DNA of 32,000 bases, taken from contig DATFAX010000082.1 in NCBI GenBank assembly GCA_035254125.1, positions 1 to 32,000 of the forward strand. The letters are read 5' to 3'. Origin of the DNA: Holophagaceae bacterium (lineage in GTDB: Bacteria; Acidobacteriota; Holophagae; Holophagales; Holophagaceae). A program made the position numbers and the translations under genes. The notes beneath the pieces are model-generated. The model saw nothing but the letters and a program-made list of their open reading frames with translations. It was not told where the DNA came from and did not search any database. Of the stretch, positions 18,151-26,306 are shown piece after piece; the first letter of the stretch is position 1, and the number at the start of each line of letters is the position of its first letter.

Positions 18151-19233
18151 ATGAAAGCGCACCTGATCCTGAAGGACGGCACGATCTTCCGGGGACGGGC
18201 GCCATTGGGCTTCGGAGGCGGCGGCGAGGCGGTGTTCACCACGGCCATGGCGGGCTACCAGGAGATCCTCACGGATCCCAGCTTCGCCGGCCAGATGGTC
18301 ACCATGACCTTCCCCGAGCAGGGCATCTACGGCATCCACGCGGACCTCAACGAGGCCGCCCGCCCCTGGGCCACGGCCCTCCTCTGCCGCCGCCTCAACG
18401 GGCAGCCCGACCACACCCTGAGCGAGGGGGACCTGGGCGGCTGGCTCAAGCGGCATCGCATCCCCGTGCTCACGGAGCTGGATACCCGCGCCCTCACCCA
18501 GCACCTCCGCGACCAGGGGTCCCAGCCCGGCCTCATCTGGACCGAAGGGGACGGCAGCCTGGAGGCGGGCGTCGCCAAGGCCAAGGCCCTGCCGGACATG
18601 TCCGGCCAGGCCCTCTGCAGCGAGGTGAGTTGCAAGGACCGCTACGAGATCAAGCGCGAGGCCGCCGCCTTCCGCGTGTCCGTGCTGGACGGCGGCATCA
18701 AGCAGAGCATCCTCGACCAGCTCTCGGCCGCGGGCCTGGATCTGGAAGTCTTCCCCTGGGACACGCCCGCCACGGAGCTGCTGGCGAGCCGCTTCCACGG
18801 CGTCTTCCTCAGCAACGGCCCCGGCGACCCCGGCGCCCTGCCGGGCATGCAGGCCGAAGTGGGCAAGCTCATCGGCCAGCGCCCCATCTTCGGCATCTGC
18901 CTGGGCCACCAGCTGCTGGGTCACGCCTTCGGCGGCACCACCTTCAAGCTGAAGTTCGGCCACCGCGGCGCCAACCAGCCCGTGCAGGACCTGGAGACGG
19001 GCCGCATCGAGATCACCGCCCAGAACCACGGCTTCGCCGTGGATGAGAAGAGCCTGCCGCCCGAGATCATGGTCACGCACCGCCACCTCAGCGATGACAC
19101 GGTGGAGGGCCTGCGGCACACAACCCTGCCCATCTTCTCCCTGCAGCACCACCCGGAGGCCAGCCCCGGCCCCCACGACGCCCGTTCGGCCTTCGGCAAG
19201 TTCGTGAAGCTGCTTGCGGAAAGCAAGAAGTGA
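18151..19233 (+). CDS. carA: carbamoyl-phosphate synthase small (glutaminase) subunit
   Basis: The 360-aa ORF has the GATase class I triad block GICLGHQLL and HHPEASPGP. It lies directly upstream of carB. Confidence 0.95.
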   Translation: MKAHLILKDGTIFRGRAPLGFGGGGEAVFTTAMAGYQEILTDPSFAGQMVTMTFPEQGIYGIHADLNEAARPWATALLCRRLNGQPDHTLSEGDLGGWLKRHRIPVLTELDTRALTQHLRDQGSQPGLIWTEGDGSLEAGVAKAKALPDMSGQALCSEVSCKDRYEIKREAAAFRVSVLDGGIKQSILDQLSAAGLDLEVFPWDTPATELLASRFHGVFLSNGPGDPGALPGMQAEVGKLIGQRPIFGICLGHQLLGHAFGGTTFKLKFGHRGANQPVQDLETGRIEITAQNHGFAVDEKSLPPEIMVTHRHLSDDTVEGLRHTTLPIFSLQHHPEASPGPHDARSAFGKFVKLLAESKK

Positions 19234-19646
19234 TGGACCACCAAGACACCAAGACACCAAGAAAGGACTTGGAGCCTAGGCTGGAAGAGCTGGCGGCGAC
19301 GATTGTCGATTCGGCGATCAAGGTGCATCGGTCGCTGGGGCCTGGGCTCTTGGAGAATGTCTACGAGGTGTGCTTGATCCGGGAGCTGACGACCCGGGGG
19401 CTGAAGGTGCAGCGGCAGGTGTCGCTCCCCGTTTTCTACGAAGGCCTGGAGCTGGATGCGGGCCTTCGACTGGATCTCCTGGTCGAGGGAGATGTGGTGA
19501 TTGAACTGAAGGCGGTGGAGGCCATCCTCCCCGTGCATCACGCCCAGTTGCTCACCTATTTGAAGCTGGCGGACAAACGCCTCGGATTCCTGATCAATTT
19601 CAACTCCCCAGTCCTCAAGGACGGCATTCACAGGAGGATCCTGTGA
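19233..19646 (+). CDS. GxxExxY family protein (PD-(D/E)XK nuclease-like fold, PDDEXK_3-type)
   Basis: It carries GLLENVY (GxxExxY), then DLLVEGDVVIELK (D...E.K nuclease-like motif) and HHAQLLTYLKL. The first ~10 codons are just the translated repeat arm, so the true start may be later. Confidence 0.75.
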   Translation: MDHQDTKTPRKDLEPRLEELAATIVDSAIKVHRSLGPGLLENVYEVCLIRELTTRGLKVQRQVSLPVFYEGLELDAGLRLDLLVEGDVVIELKAVEAILPVHHAQLLTYLKLADKRLGFLINFNSPVLKDGIHRRIL

Positions 19647-19680
19647 CCTGCTTTTCTTGGTGTCTTGGTGTCTTGGTGGT
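19238..19680 (+). mobile_element. 443-bp cassette bounded by perfect 27-bp inverted repeats of tandem CACCAAGA octamers, carrying a GxxExxY ORF
   Basis: 19238-19264 (accaccaagacaccaagacaccaagaa) is the exact reverse complement of 19654-19680. The cassette fills the carA-carB spacer. Confidence 0.7.
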
Positions 19681-19685
19681 GACCC

Positions 19686-22600
19686 ATGCCTAAGCGCTCC
19701 GACATCCACTCCGTCCTCGTCCTCGGCAGCGGCCCCATCCAGATCGGGCAGGCCTGCGAGTTCGACTACTCCGGCACCCAGGCCCTGAAGGCGCTCCGCG
19801 AGGAGGGCATCCGCACCATCCTGCTGAACTCCAATCCGGCCTCGATCATGACGGACCCGGCCCGGGCCGACCGCACCTACATCGAGCCCCTGACGCTGGC
19901 CGTGCTGGAGAAGATCCTTGAGGTGGAGAAGCCCGACGCGGTGCTGCCCACCGTGGGCGGCCAGACGGCCCTGAACCTGGCCATGGAGGCCCACAAGGCG
20001 GGGCTCTTCCAGCGCCTGGGCGTGCGCCTCATCGGCGCCCAGCCGGATGCCATCGAGCGGGGCGAGGACCGCGAGGTCTTCAAGAAGCTCATGGACGAGC
20101 TGGGCCTGGAGACCTGCCGCGGCGGCTTCGCCCACAGCATGGAGGAGGCGCGGGAGCTCCTGAAGATCACCGGCTTCCCCGCCATCATCCGCCCCTCCTT
20201 CACCCTGGGCGGCAGCGGCGGCGGCATCGCCTACAACGTGGAGGAGTTCGAGACCATCGTGGCCCGGGGCCTCGACCTGAGTCCCACCCGCCAGCTCCTC
20301 ATCGAGGAGAGCATCCTGGGGTGGAAGGAGTTCGAACTGGAGGTGGTGCGGGACCTGGACGACAACGTGGAGGTCATCTGCTCCATCGAGAACCTGGATC
20401 CCATGGGCGTCCACACGGGGGACAGCATCACCGTGGCGCCGGCCCTCACCCTTACGGACCCCGAGTACCAGCGCATGCGCGAGGCCGCTAAGGCCATCAT
20501 GCGCGGCGTGGGCGTAGAGACGGGCGGCAGCAACGTGCAGTTCGCCCTCAATCCCGAGGATGCCCGCATCATCGTCATCGAGATGAACCCCCGCGTGAGC
20601 CGCAGCTCCGCACTGGCCTCCAAGGCCACGGGCTTCCCCATCGCTTGGGTGGCCACGAAGCTGGCCCTGGGCTACCGCCTGTGGGAGCTGCCCAACGCCA
20701 TCACGCAGAAGACCAAGGCCGCCTTCGAGCCCGTGCTCGACTACGTGGTCGTGAAGATCCCCCGCTTCACCTTCGAGAAGTTCCCCCAGGCCCAGCCCGT
20801 GCTCGGCACCCAGATGAAGAGCGTGGGCGAGGTGATGTCCATCGGCCGCTCCTTCCAGGAGGCCCTGCAGAAGGCCGTGCGCTCCCTGGAGGAGGGCCAT
20901 GCGGGCCTCGCCGGCGCCCTGGAGGGCAAGCTGGACCTGAGCCGCCTGCGCGAGCACCTGCTCATCCCCGGCCCTCAGCGCCTCTTCTGGCTCTACCACG
21001 CCCTCAAGGCGGGCCACACCGTGGAGGAGCTCCACCGCCTCACGAAGGTGACCTCCTGGTTCCTGCGGGAGATCGAGGAGATCGTCATCCTCGAGGGTCG
21101 GCTCCGCGGCTTCAGCGTGGACCGACTGCCCGAGGAACTGCTGGAGAAGGCCAAGCGGGCCGGTTTCAGCGACGGCCAGATCGCCGTGTTCTGCGGCGGC
21201 TCCGACTGGGAGGTGAAGAAGCGCCGCCACGCCCTGGGCATCCACCCCGTCTACAAGCGGGTGGACACCTGCAGCGGCGAGTTCGTGGCGGAGACGCCCT
21301 ACCTCTACGGCACCTGGGAGTACGGCGACGCCAGCGAGGCCACGCCCTCGGACCGCCCCAAGGCCATCGTGCTGGGCTCCGGCCCCAACCGCATCGGCCA
21401 GGGCGTGGAGTTCGACTGCTGCTGCGTGCAGGCGGTGGAGGCCATCCGGGCCTCCGGCGTCGAGGCGATCCTCATCAACTGCAACCCCGAGACGGTGAGC
21501 ACGGACTTCGACACCAGCGACCGCCTCTACTTCGAGCCCCTCACCCACGAGCACGTGAAGAGCGTGATCCGTCGCGAAGGTTCCAACGGCAAGCTGCTGG
21601 GCGTCTTCGCCCAGTTCGGAGGCCAGACGCCCCTCAAGCTGGCCGGCCGCCTGGATGCCGAGGGCGTCACCCTGCTGGGCACGCCCCTGCAGGCCATCAA
21701 CGATGCCGAGGACCGGGAGCGCTTCGGCAAGGTGCTCCAGAAGCTGGGCATCCCCGTGGCCAAGTGGGGCATGGCTTCGAGCCTCGAGCAGGCCCGGACC
21801 ATCGCCCACGACATCCAGTACCCCGTGATGGTGCGCCCCAGCTTCGTGCTCGGAGGCCGCGGCATGGCCGTGGTCTTCGATGACGAGGGACTGGAGAAGT
21901 ACCTCCGCGAGGCCGCGGCCGTGAACGAGGACCAGCCCGTGCTGCTGGACCGCTACCTGGACGGCGCCCAGGAGCTGGATGTGGACCTGGTCTGCGACGG
22001 CCACCGCGTGGCCATTGCCGGCGTCATGGCCCACATCGAGGAGGCGGGCGTCCACAGCGGCGACAGCTTCGGCGTCTTCCCGCCCCTGGGCGTGGAGGAA
22101 TCGGTGCTGGAGACCGTGAAGGCCCAGAGCCGCCAGCTGGCCCTGGAGATCGGCGTGCGCGGCCTCATGAACCTCCAGTGGGCCATCAAGGATGGCGTGG
22201 CCTACTGCCTGGAGGCCAACCCCCGCGCCAGCCGCACGGTGCCCTTCATCAGCAAGGCCACGGGCCAGGACTGGGCGGGCATCGCGGCCCGCATCGGCCT
22301 GGGCCAGACCTTGGACGCGCAGCAGGTGAAGGACGGCGAGCCCCTGGCCGTGGCGGTGAAGGGCGTGGTCTTCCCCTTCGCCAAGTTCCCCGGCGTGGAT
22401 CCGGTGCTCGGCCCGGAGATGAAGAGCACGGGCGAGGTCATGGGCATCGGCGACACCTTCGGTGAAGCCTACGCCAAGGCCCTGGTGGCCGCGGGCATCC
22501 CGCTGCCCCTGAGCGGCACCGTGTTCATCAGTGTGAACGACAAGGACAAGGGCAAGTTGCAGGAGCTGGCCGGCAAGCTCACGGGCATGGGCTTCGGCCT

Positions 22601-22904
22601 CTGCGCCACGGAGGGCACGGCCCGCCACCTGGAGACCGTGGGCTACAAGGTGCGCCGCATCTTCAAGGTGAACGAGGGCCGCCCCCACGCCGTGGACCTC
22701 CTCAAGAACGGCGAGATCCAGTGGGTCATCAACAGCCCCCTGGGCCGCGACGCCTTCTTCGACGAGGGCGCCATCCGCAAGGAAGCCCTGCGCCTGAAGA
22801 TCCCCTGCCTCACCAACATGAACGCGGCCCTGGCCGCCTGCGAGGCCGTAGACACGCTGCGCAGCCAGCTCACGGTGCGGGCGCTGCAGAGCTTGAAGGG
22901 CTGA
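19686..22904 (+). CDS. carB: carbamoyl-phosphate synthase large subunit
   Basis: The 1072-aa ORF has duplicated ATP-grasp halves and a C-terminal MGS-like domain. Its N-terminus [33 protein letters not shown] is canonical. Confidence 0.95.
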   Translation: MPKRSDIHSVLVLGSGPIQIGQACEFDYSGTQALKALREEGIRTILLNSNPASIMTDPARADRTYIEPLTLAVLEKILEVEKPDAVLPTVGGQTALNLAMEAHKAGLFQRLGVRLIGAQPDAIERGEDREVFKKLMDELGLETCRGGFAHSMEEARELLKITGFPAIIRPSFTLGGSGGGIAYNVEEFETIVARGLDLSPTRQLLIEESILGWKEFELEVVRDLDDNVEVICSIENLDPMGVHTGDSITVAPALTLTDPEYQRMREAAKAIMRGVGVETGGSNVQFALNPEDARIIVIEMNPRVSRSSALASKATGFPIAWVATKLALGYRLWELPNAITQKTKAAFEPVLDYVVVKIPRFTFEKFPQAQPVLGTQMKSVGEVMSIGRSFQEALQKAVRSLEEGHAGLAGALEGKLDLSRLREHLLIPGPQRLFWLYHALKAGHTVEELHRLTKVTSWFLREIEEIVILEGRLRGFSVDRLPEELLEKAKRAGFSDGQIAVFCGGSDWEVKKRRHALGIHPVYKRVDTCSGEFVAETPYLYGTWEYGDASEATPSDRPKAIVLGSGPNRIGQGVEFDCCCVQAVEAIRASGVEAILINCNPETVSTDFDTSDRLYFEPLTHEHVKSVIRREGSNGKLLGVFAQFGGQTPLKLAGRLDAEGVTLLGTPLQAINDAEDRERFGKVLQKLGIPVAKWGMASSLEQARTIAHDIQYPVMVRPSFVLGGRGMAVVFDDEGLEKYLREAAAVNEDQPVLLDRYLDGAQELDVDLVCDGHRVAIAGVMAHIEEAGVHSGDSFGVFPPLGVEESVLETVKAQSRQLALEIGVRGLMNLQWAIKDGVAYCLEANPRASRTVPFISKATGQDWAGIAARIGLGQTLDAQQVKDGEPLAVAVKGVVFPFAKFPGVDPVLGPEMKSTGEVMGIGDTFGEAYAKALVAAGIPLPLSGTVFISVNDKDKGKLQELAGKLTGMGFGLCATEGTARHLETVGYKVRRIFKVNEGRPHAVDLLKNGEIQWVINSPLGRDAFFDEGAIRKEALRLKIPCLTNMNAALAACEAVDTLRSQLTVRALQSLKG

Positions 22905-22925
22905 CCGGGGAGCCTCCGGAGCAGC

Positions 22926-22958
22926 GGACCGGGTCTGACACATCGTCAGGCCCGGTCC
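22926..22958 (+). terminator. 14-bp hairpin after carB (weak U tract)
   Basis: GGACCGGGTCTGAC-ACATC-GTCAGGCCCGGTCC lies 22 nt after the carB stop. The following sequence is T-poor. Confidence 0.4.
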
Positions 22959-23011
22959 CTTGCGGCTTGGCAGGCTCGCCTCCCCGCGCTGCAATGGCGG
23001 GGAGGTGCGCC

Positions 23012-23536
23012 ATGCCCAGCTCCCCGTCCGGCCGTCCCCAACCTGGCGAGTACGCCGAATACATGACCGGGGCCATCGCCGCCGTGCAGGGGGATGACAT
23101 CCGCGCCCTCCTGGAAGCCCAGGCGGGGCCGACAGCGGATGTGTTCCGGGCCTTCGCCCTGCGGCTGGACCATGCCTATGCCCCGGGCAAGTGGACGGTG
23201 CGGCAGATCCTCGGCCACCTCGTCGATGACGAGCGCATCTTCGGGTACCGGATGCTCTGCGTGGCCCGGCGGGAGCCCCTGGCCCTGCCCGGGTTCGACG
23301 AGAACCTCTACGTGGCCAACGGGGGATTCGAGGGTCGGGATCTGGAGGACCTCCTGGCTGAATACCGGGCCGTGCGGGGGGCGACGCTGGCCTTCCTCCA
23401 GGGGCTGCCCGCCGGGGCCTGGGATCATCGGGGCACGACCAATGGTTACTCGGCCACGGTGCGGGGCTTGGCCTTCCAGGTCCTGGCCCACGAGCGGCAT
23501 CATCTGGGCATCCTGGCGGAGCGGTACCGCCCCTAG
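23012..23536 (+). CDS. DinB-family (DinB_2-like) metal-dependent protein
   Basis: The ATG at 23012 has GGGGAGG 6 nt upstream. The His triad context (ILGHLVDDE ... LAHERHHLG) is typical of the DinB/YfiT four-helix family. Confidence 0.8.
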   Translation: MPSSPSGRPQPGEYAEYMTGAIAAVQGDDIRALLEAQAGPTADVFRAFALRLDHAYAPGKWTVRQILGHLVDDERIFGYRMLCVARREPLALPGFDENLYVANGGFEGRDLEDLLAEYRAVRGATLAFLQGLPAGAWDHRGTTNGYSATVRGLAFQVLAHERHHLGILAERYRP

Positions 23537-23561
23537 GTGGCGGGATGGTTCCGAACATGAT

Positions 23562-23586
23562 GAAGGGCCGCCCGGGGCGGCCCTTC
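23562..23586. terminator. hairpin between convergent genes
   Basis: GAAGGGCCGC-CCGGG-GCGGCCCTTC lies between the DinB stop (23536) and the minus-strand stops (23607/23626). Confidence 0.45.
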
Positions 23587-23606
23587 CTGTTGGGGGCGAG
23601 GGGACT

Positions 23607-23798
23607 TCAGCCGAGGCCCAGGGCCTCACGCACCTGGCGGTGGTGTTCCTTGTGTGCCTGCACGACCTTCGGCACTTCCTCCTGCCACATCCTCAGAAAG
23701 TCGCTCGAGGAGATGGTGGGCTTCGGCCCTTCGCCAAGGGTCGAGGGTTCGGTTGAGGCCAGCGAGAACGTCTCGCGGGTGCCGGGCTGATGGGTCAT
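23607..23798 (-). CDS. small hypothetical protein (63 aa)
   Basis: An AAGGA RBS lies 9 nt upstream of the ATG at 23798. By my hand count, third codon positions are strongly G/C in this frame, clearly better than the overlapping tail of the 23626..24633 ORF. Confidence 0.4.
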   Translation of the reverse strand: MTHQPGTRETFSLASTEPSTLGEGPKPTISSSDFLRMWQEEVPKVVQAHKEHHRQVREALGLG

Positions 23799-24633
23799 GC
23801 GGGATTGTCCTTAGATGAGAAAGGTACGCGGTTTGGAGGCGCCAGGCAACGGCCCGTTCATCGGGTTTTTGACGGCCCGCCACCCCTGTGACGGCTTCCT
23901 CCCCCTCGGTCACGAGGGGGGCCGCATTCCACCGGGTGCGGACGTGATAGAGGCTCAGCCCCTCGTCTTGGAGGGTGGCCATGCTCAGGAAGGTGTGGGG
24001 GGCCCGGGAGTGGGTGCGGGCCATGCGGTCCAGGGGCACGTAGCGGCCCTCCCGCTCGGAGCGGTCGAGCATGGCGTAGAGGCTGCTCTCGGGGCTGCGG
24101 TCGGCGTAGGCCAGGTGGATCTGGGCCCAGGGCCAGTCGTCCCGGATGCGGCGCACGAGGAACGACAGCGTCTCGGGATCCGTGTGGGGGGCGTCGAACA
24201 CGGCGCCGAAGTTGTGGCCCAGGGCCCAGGCGCCCGTGGTCTTGCCCGAAGCCTGGCCGCCCATGAGCAGCAGCACCGGCGCGGGGCCCGCCAGCTGCAG
24301 GGCGCGGTCCCGCAGGCGCTTGCCCAGGGTGTTCAGGTGCACCACGGCGCGGCCATTGGGGTCCTCCAGGGCCTCGTAGCCCCGGGTGGGATTGGCTCGG
24401 AGGGTGGGCAGGAGGGTGGCCATGAGGTCCGCATTGACGAGGCGTCCGCCAAGGGTGTCGGGCAGCGCGGCGTAGGCGGATTCGGTGGCGTCCAGATCCG
24501 CCGCGAGGGCTTCGGCCTCCCGCTCCAGGGCCTCCCGGGTGGCGTGGCGCTGGGCCTCCTCCAGCTCCCAGTAGGAGCGACGGAGGTGGATGGGCACCTG
24601 CTGCCAGGGCTGGGGGGTGGAAGGGGCGTGCAC
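23626..24633 (-). CDS. zeta-toxin-like P-loop kinase family protein with a ~110-aa N-terminal extension
   Basis: The Walker A motif LLLMGGQASGKTT and the later block ADRSPESSLYAMLDRSEREGRYVPLDRMARTH resemble the zeta/PezT fold. The start is GTG. The last ~58 codons have poor codon bias and overlap the 63-aa ORF, so the true 3' end is uncertain. Confidence 0.6.
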   Translation of the reverse strand: MHAPSTPQPWQQVPIHLRRSYWELEEAQRHATREALEREAEALAADLDATESAYAALPDTLGGRLVNADLMATLLPTLRANPTRGYEALEDPNGRAVVHLNTLGKRLRDRALQLAGPAPVLLLMGGQASGKTTGAWALGHNFGAVFDAPHTDPETLSFLVRRIRDDWPWAQIHLAYADRSPESSLYAMLDRSEREGRYVPLDRMARTHSRAPHTFLSMATLQDEGLSLYHVRTRWNAAPLVTEGEEAVTGVAGRQKPDERAVAWRLQTAYLSHLRTIPHDPSARHPRDVLAGLNRTLDPWRRAEAHHLLERLSEDVAGGSAEGRAGTQGTPPPGA

Positions 24634-24672
24634 GCTCCCAGCTTATGGGATCCTGGGGGTCTGGAGTTCCCG

Positions 24673-25086
24673 ATGTCCACCTCCGTCCAAGCCAAGATCG
24701 AAGCCTTCCTCGCCAGCGGCCCCTGGGCCGTGGCGGGGGCCAGCAGTGACCGGGACAAGTACGGCAACAAGGTGCTGCGGTGCTACCAGCAGCACGGCAT
24801 GGAAGTGTTCCCCCTCAATCCACGGGCCACGGAGATCGAGGGCCTGAAGGCCTATCCCTCCCTGGCTGCCCTGCCCAAGCCCGTGACGGGCCTCAGCGTG
24901 ATTACCCCCCCGAAGATCACCGAGCAGGTGGTGAAGGAGGCCATCGCCGCCGGCGTGAAGCACATCTGGATGCAGCCCGGCGCCGAGAGCCAAGCCGCGG
25001 TGCGGGAGGCCGAGGCGGCCGGCATCGAGGTCATCGCCAACGGGGCCTGCATCCTGGTGGTGGTCGGGTACCGGGAGTGGGACTGA
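24673..25086 (+). CDS. CoA-binding domain protein (YccU/YneT-like)
   Basis: An internal ATG at 24673 gives a 137-aa product. It shows WAVAGASSDRDKYGNKV, AYPSL..LP and IWMQPGAES, typical of the CoA_binding_2 family. Confidence 0.85.
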   Translation: MSTSVQAKIEAFLASGPWAVAGASSDRDKYGNKVLRCYQQHGMEVFPLNPRATEIEGLKAYPSLAALPKPVTGLSVITPPKITEQVVKEAIAAGVKHIWMQPGAESQAAVREAEAAGIEVIANGACILVVVGYREWD

Positions 25087-25109
25087 GGGGCAGGGCGGTT
25101 GCGGGGTCG

Positions 25110-25259
25110 GGATCGCGAATAGCGCGAATAAGGGCGCGAATGGCGCGAATGAATAAGTAGGGTCGTCCTACCCATTCAAGGTGGGGTTCGGATTCCACCT
25201 TGGCCTCTTTCGACGTCTCATTCGCGCTATTCGCGCCTTTATTCGCGTCATTCGCGATC
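25110..25259. repeat. hairpin element C: GGATCGCGAAT-type arms (4 tandem GCGCGAAT units each side) around a ~63-nt core
   Basis: Left arm 25110-25154, right arm 25218-25259. 38 of 42 positions are complementary, and 3 of the 4 mismatches are G.T on the plus strand. The arm family is the same as element D. Confidence 0.8.
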
Positions 25260-25304
25260 TTCTTTTCCACCCCGATCCGAAGCCCCCTTTGGCATGCTCG
25301 AGGG

Positions 25305-26207
25305 GTGAGCGACGCGGCCTTCCTCCTCCTCTTTCCCGGTCAGGCGACCGAGGCCGTGGGCATGTCGAAGGGGTGGACGGAGGATCCCGCCTGGGTGGCG
25401 ACCCTGGCGGCGGCGGAGGCACACACGGGCTACCCTCTGCGCCTCTGGATGGCCGAGGGGCCACTGGAGGCCCTGCGCAGCCAGCGTCACGCGCCCTGCG
25501 CGGTGCTCAGCCACAGCGTGGGCCTCTTCCGGGCCCACCGGGCGGCGGGGATGCCGCTGCCGGCCGCGGCCACGGGCCACAGCATGGGCTTCTTCAGCGC
25601 CCTGGTGGCGGCGGAGGTGGTGCCCCTGGAGGCGGCCCTGGACCTCATCTCGGCCACCGAAGATGAGGCGGAGCGCCGCTTCGGGCCCGGCACCATGGGC
25701 ATGGCCTATGCGATCGGGCTGAAGGAGGCGGACCTGCGGGGTCGCCTGGAGGCCTTCCCGGACTTGGAGCTGTCCAACGTCAACGGCACGGCCCAGGGCA
25801 CCGTCTCGGGCCCGCTGCCCGCCCTCGAGGCCTTCGTGGCGGCCGTGAAGCCGGACTGCATGAAGGCGGACCTGCTGCCCGTGCGCCACCCGCTGCACTG
25901 CGGCCTCATGGCGCCCCTGCTGCCCTACGTGAAGGATCGCCTGACACATGTCCTGCCCCGGGATCCGGCCTTCCCGCTGGTCTCCCCCCTGGACGGCCGG
26001 GACATCCGGGATGGGTTCGAGGCCTGGGAGGAGGCCATCGTCAGCATTTCCGCCACGATCCACTGGCCGCTCACGGTGAAGGGCCTCCGGGCCTTCGCCG
26101 GCCGGGCCTTCGAGTGCGGCCATGGACGGCAGCTCGCGGGCCTCACCCTCTGGCTGGACCGGGAATTCGGAGTGGAGAGCCTGCAAACCCCCCGCAGCTG
26201 GAGCTGA
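25305..26207 (+). CDS. FabD-like acyltransferase (malonyl-CoA:ACP transacylase family, divergent)
   Basis: It has an FPGQ motif near the N-terminus, the GHSMG active-site serine and a downstream conserved His (VRHPLHCGLM). I chose the GTG at 25305 because the upstream part of the track ORF translates the repeat arm. Confidence 0.7.
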   Translation: MSDAAFLLLFPGQATEAVGMSKGWTEDPAWVATLAAAEAHTGYPLRLWMAEGPLEALRSQRHAPCAVLSHSVGLFRAHRAAGMPLPAAATGHSMGFFSALVAAEVVPLEAALDLISATEDEAERRFGPGTMGMAYAIGLKEADLRGRLEAFPDLELSNVNGTAQGTVSGPLPALEAFVAAVKPDCMKADLLPVRHPLHCGLMAPLLPYVKDRLTHVLPRDPAFPLVSPLDGRDIRDGFEAWEEAIVSISATIHWPLTVKGLRAFAGRAFECGHGRQLAGLTLWLDREFGVESLQTPRSWS

Positions 26208-26306
26208 GGGCCCGGCCGCTGGCAGGGGCTCGGAAATTCCCGATGGCCCTCGCGTGACATCGCTGGGGAGTCTGGGCTAGGATGGGGCCTCCAGGTTCCC
26301 CAGCCC

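Noticed and set aside
18921-23558. A 1545-aa ORF on the minus strand spanning carA, the cassette and carB.
   Set aside because: It is antisense to carA/carB, whose products carry canonical motifs. The translation is a low-complexity Arg/Gly/Pro/Ala/His-rich string, as expected for the antisense frame of a high-GC gene.
25200-25304. N-terminal extensions of track ORFs through repeat arms or upstream genes. Examples: 25200 start for the FabD-like gene, 30195 for the receiver, 3698 for livG, 2380 for livH, 13792 for upp, 22721 for DinB, 23815 for the CoA-binding protein, 9817 for copZ.
   Set aside because: Internal starts give canonical family N-termini, have RBS-like sequences, and avoid translating repeats or overlapping the preceding gene.
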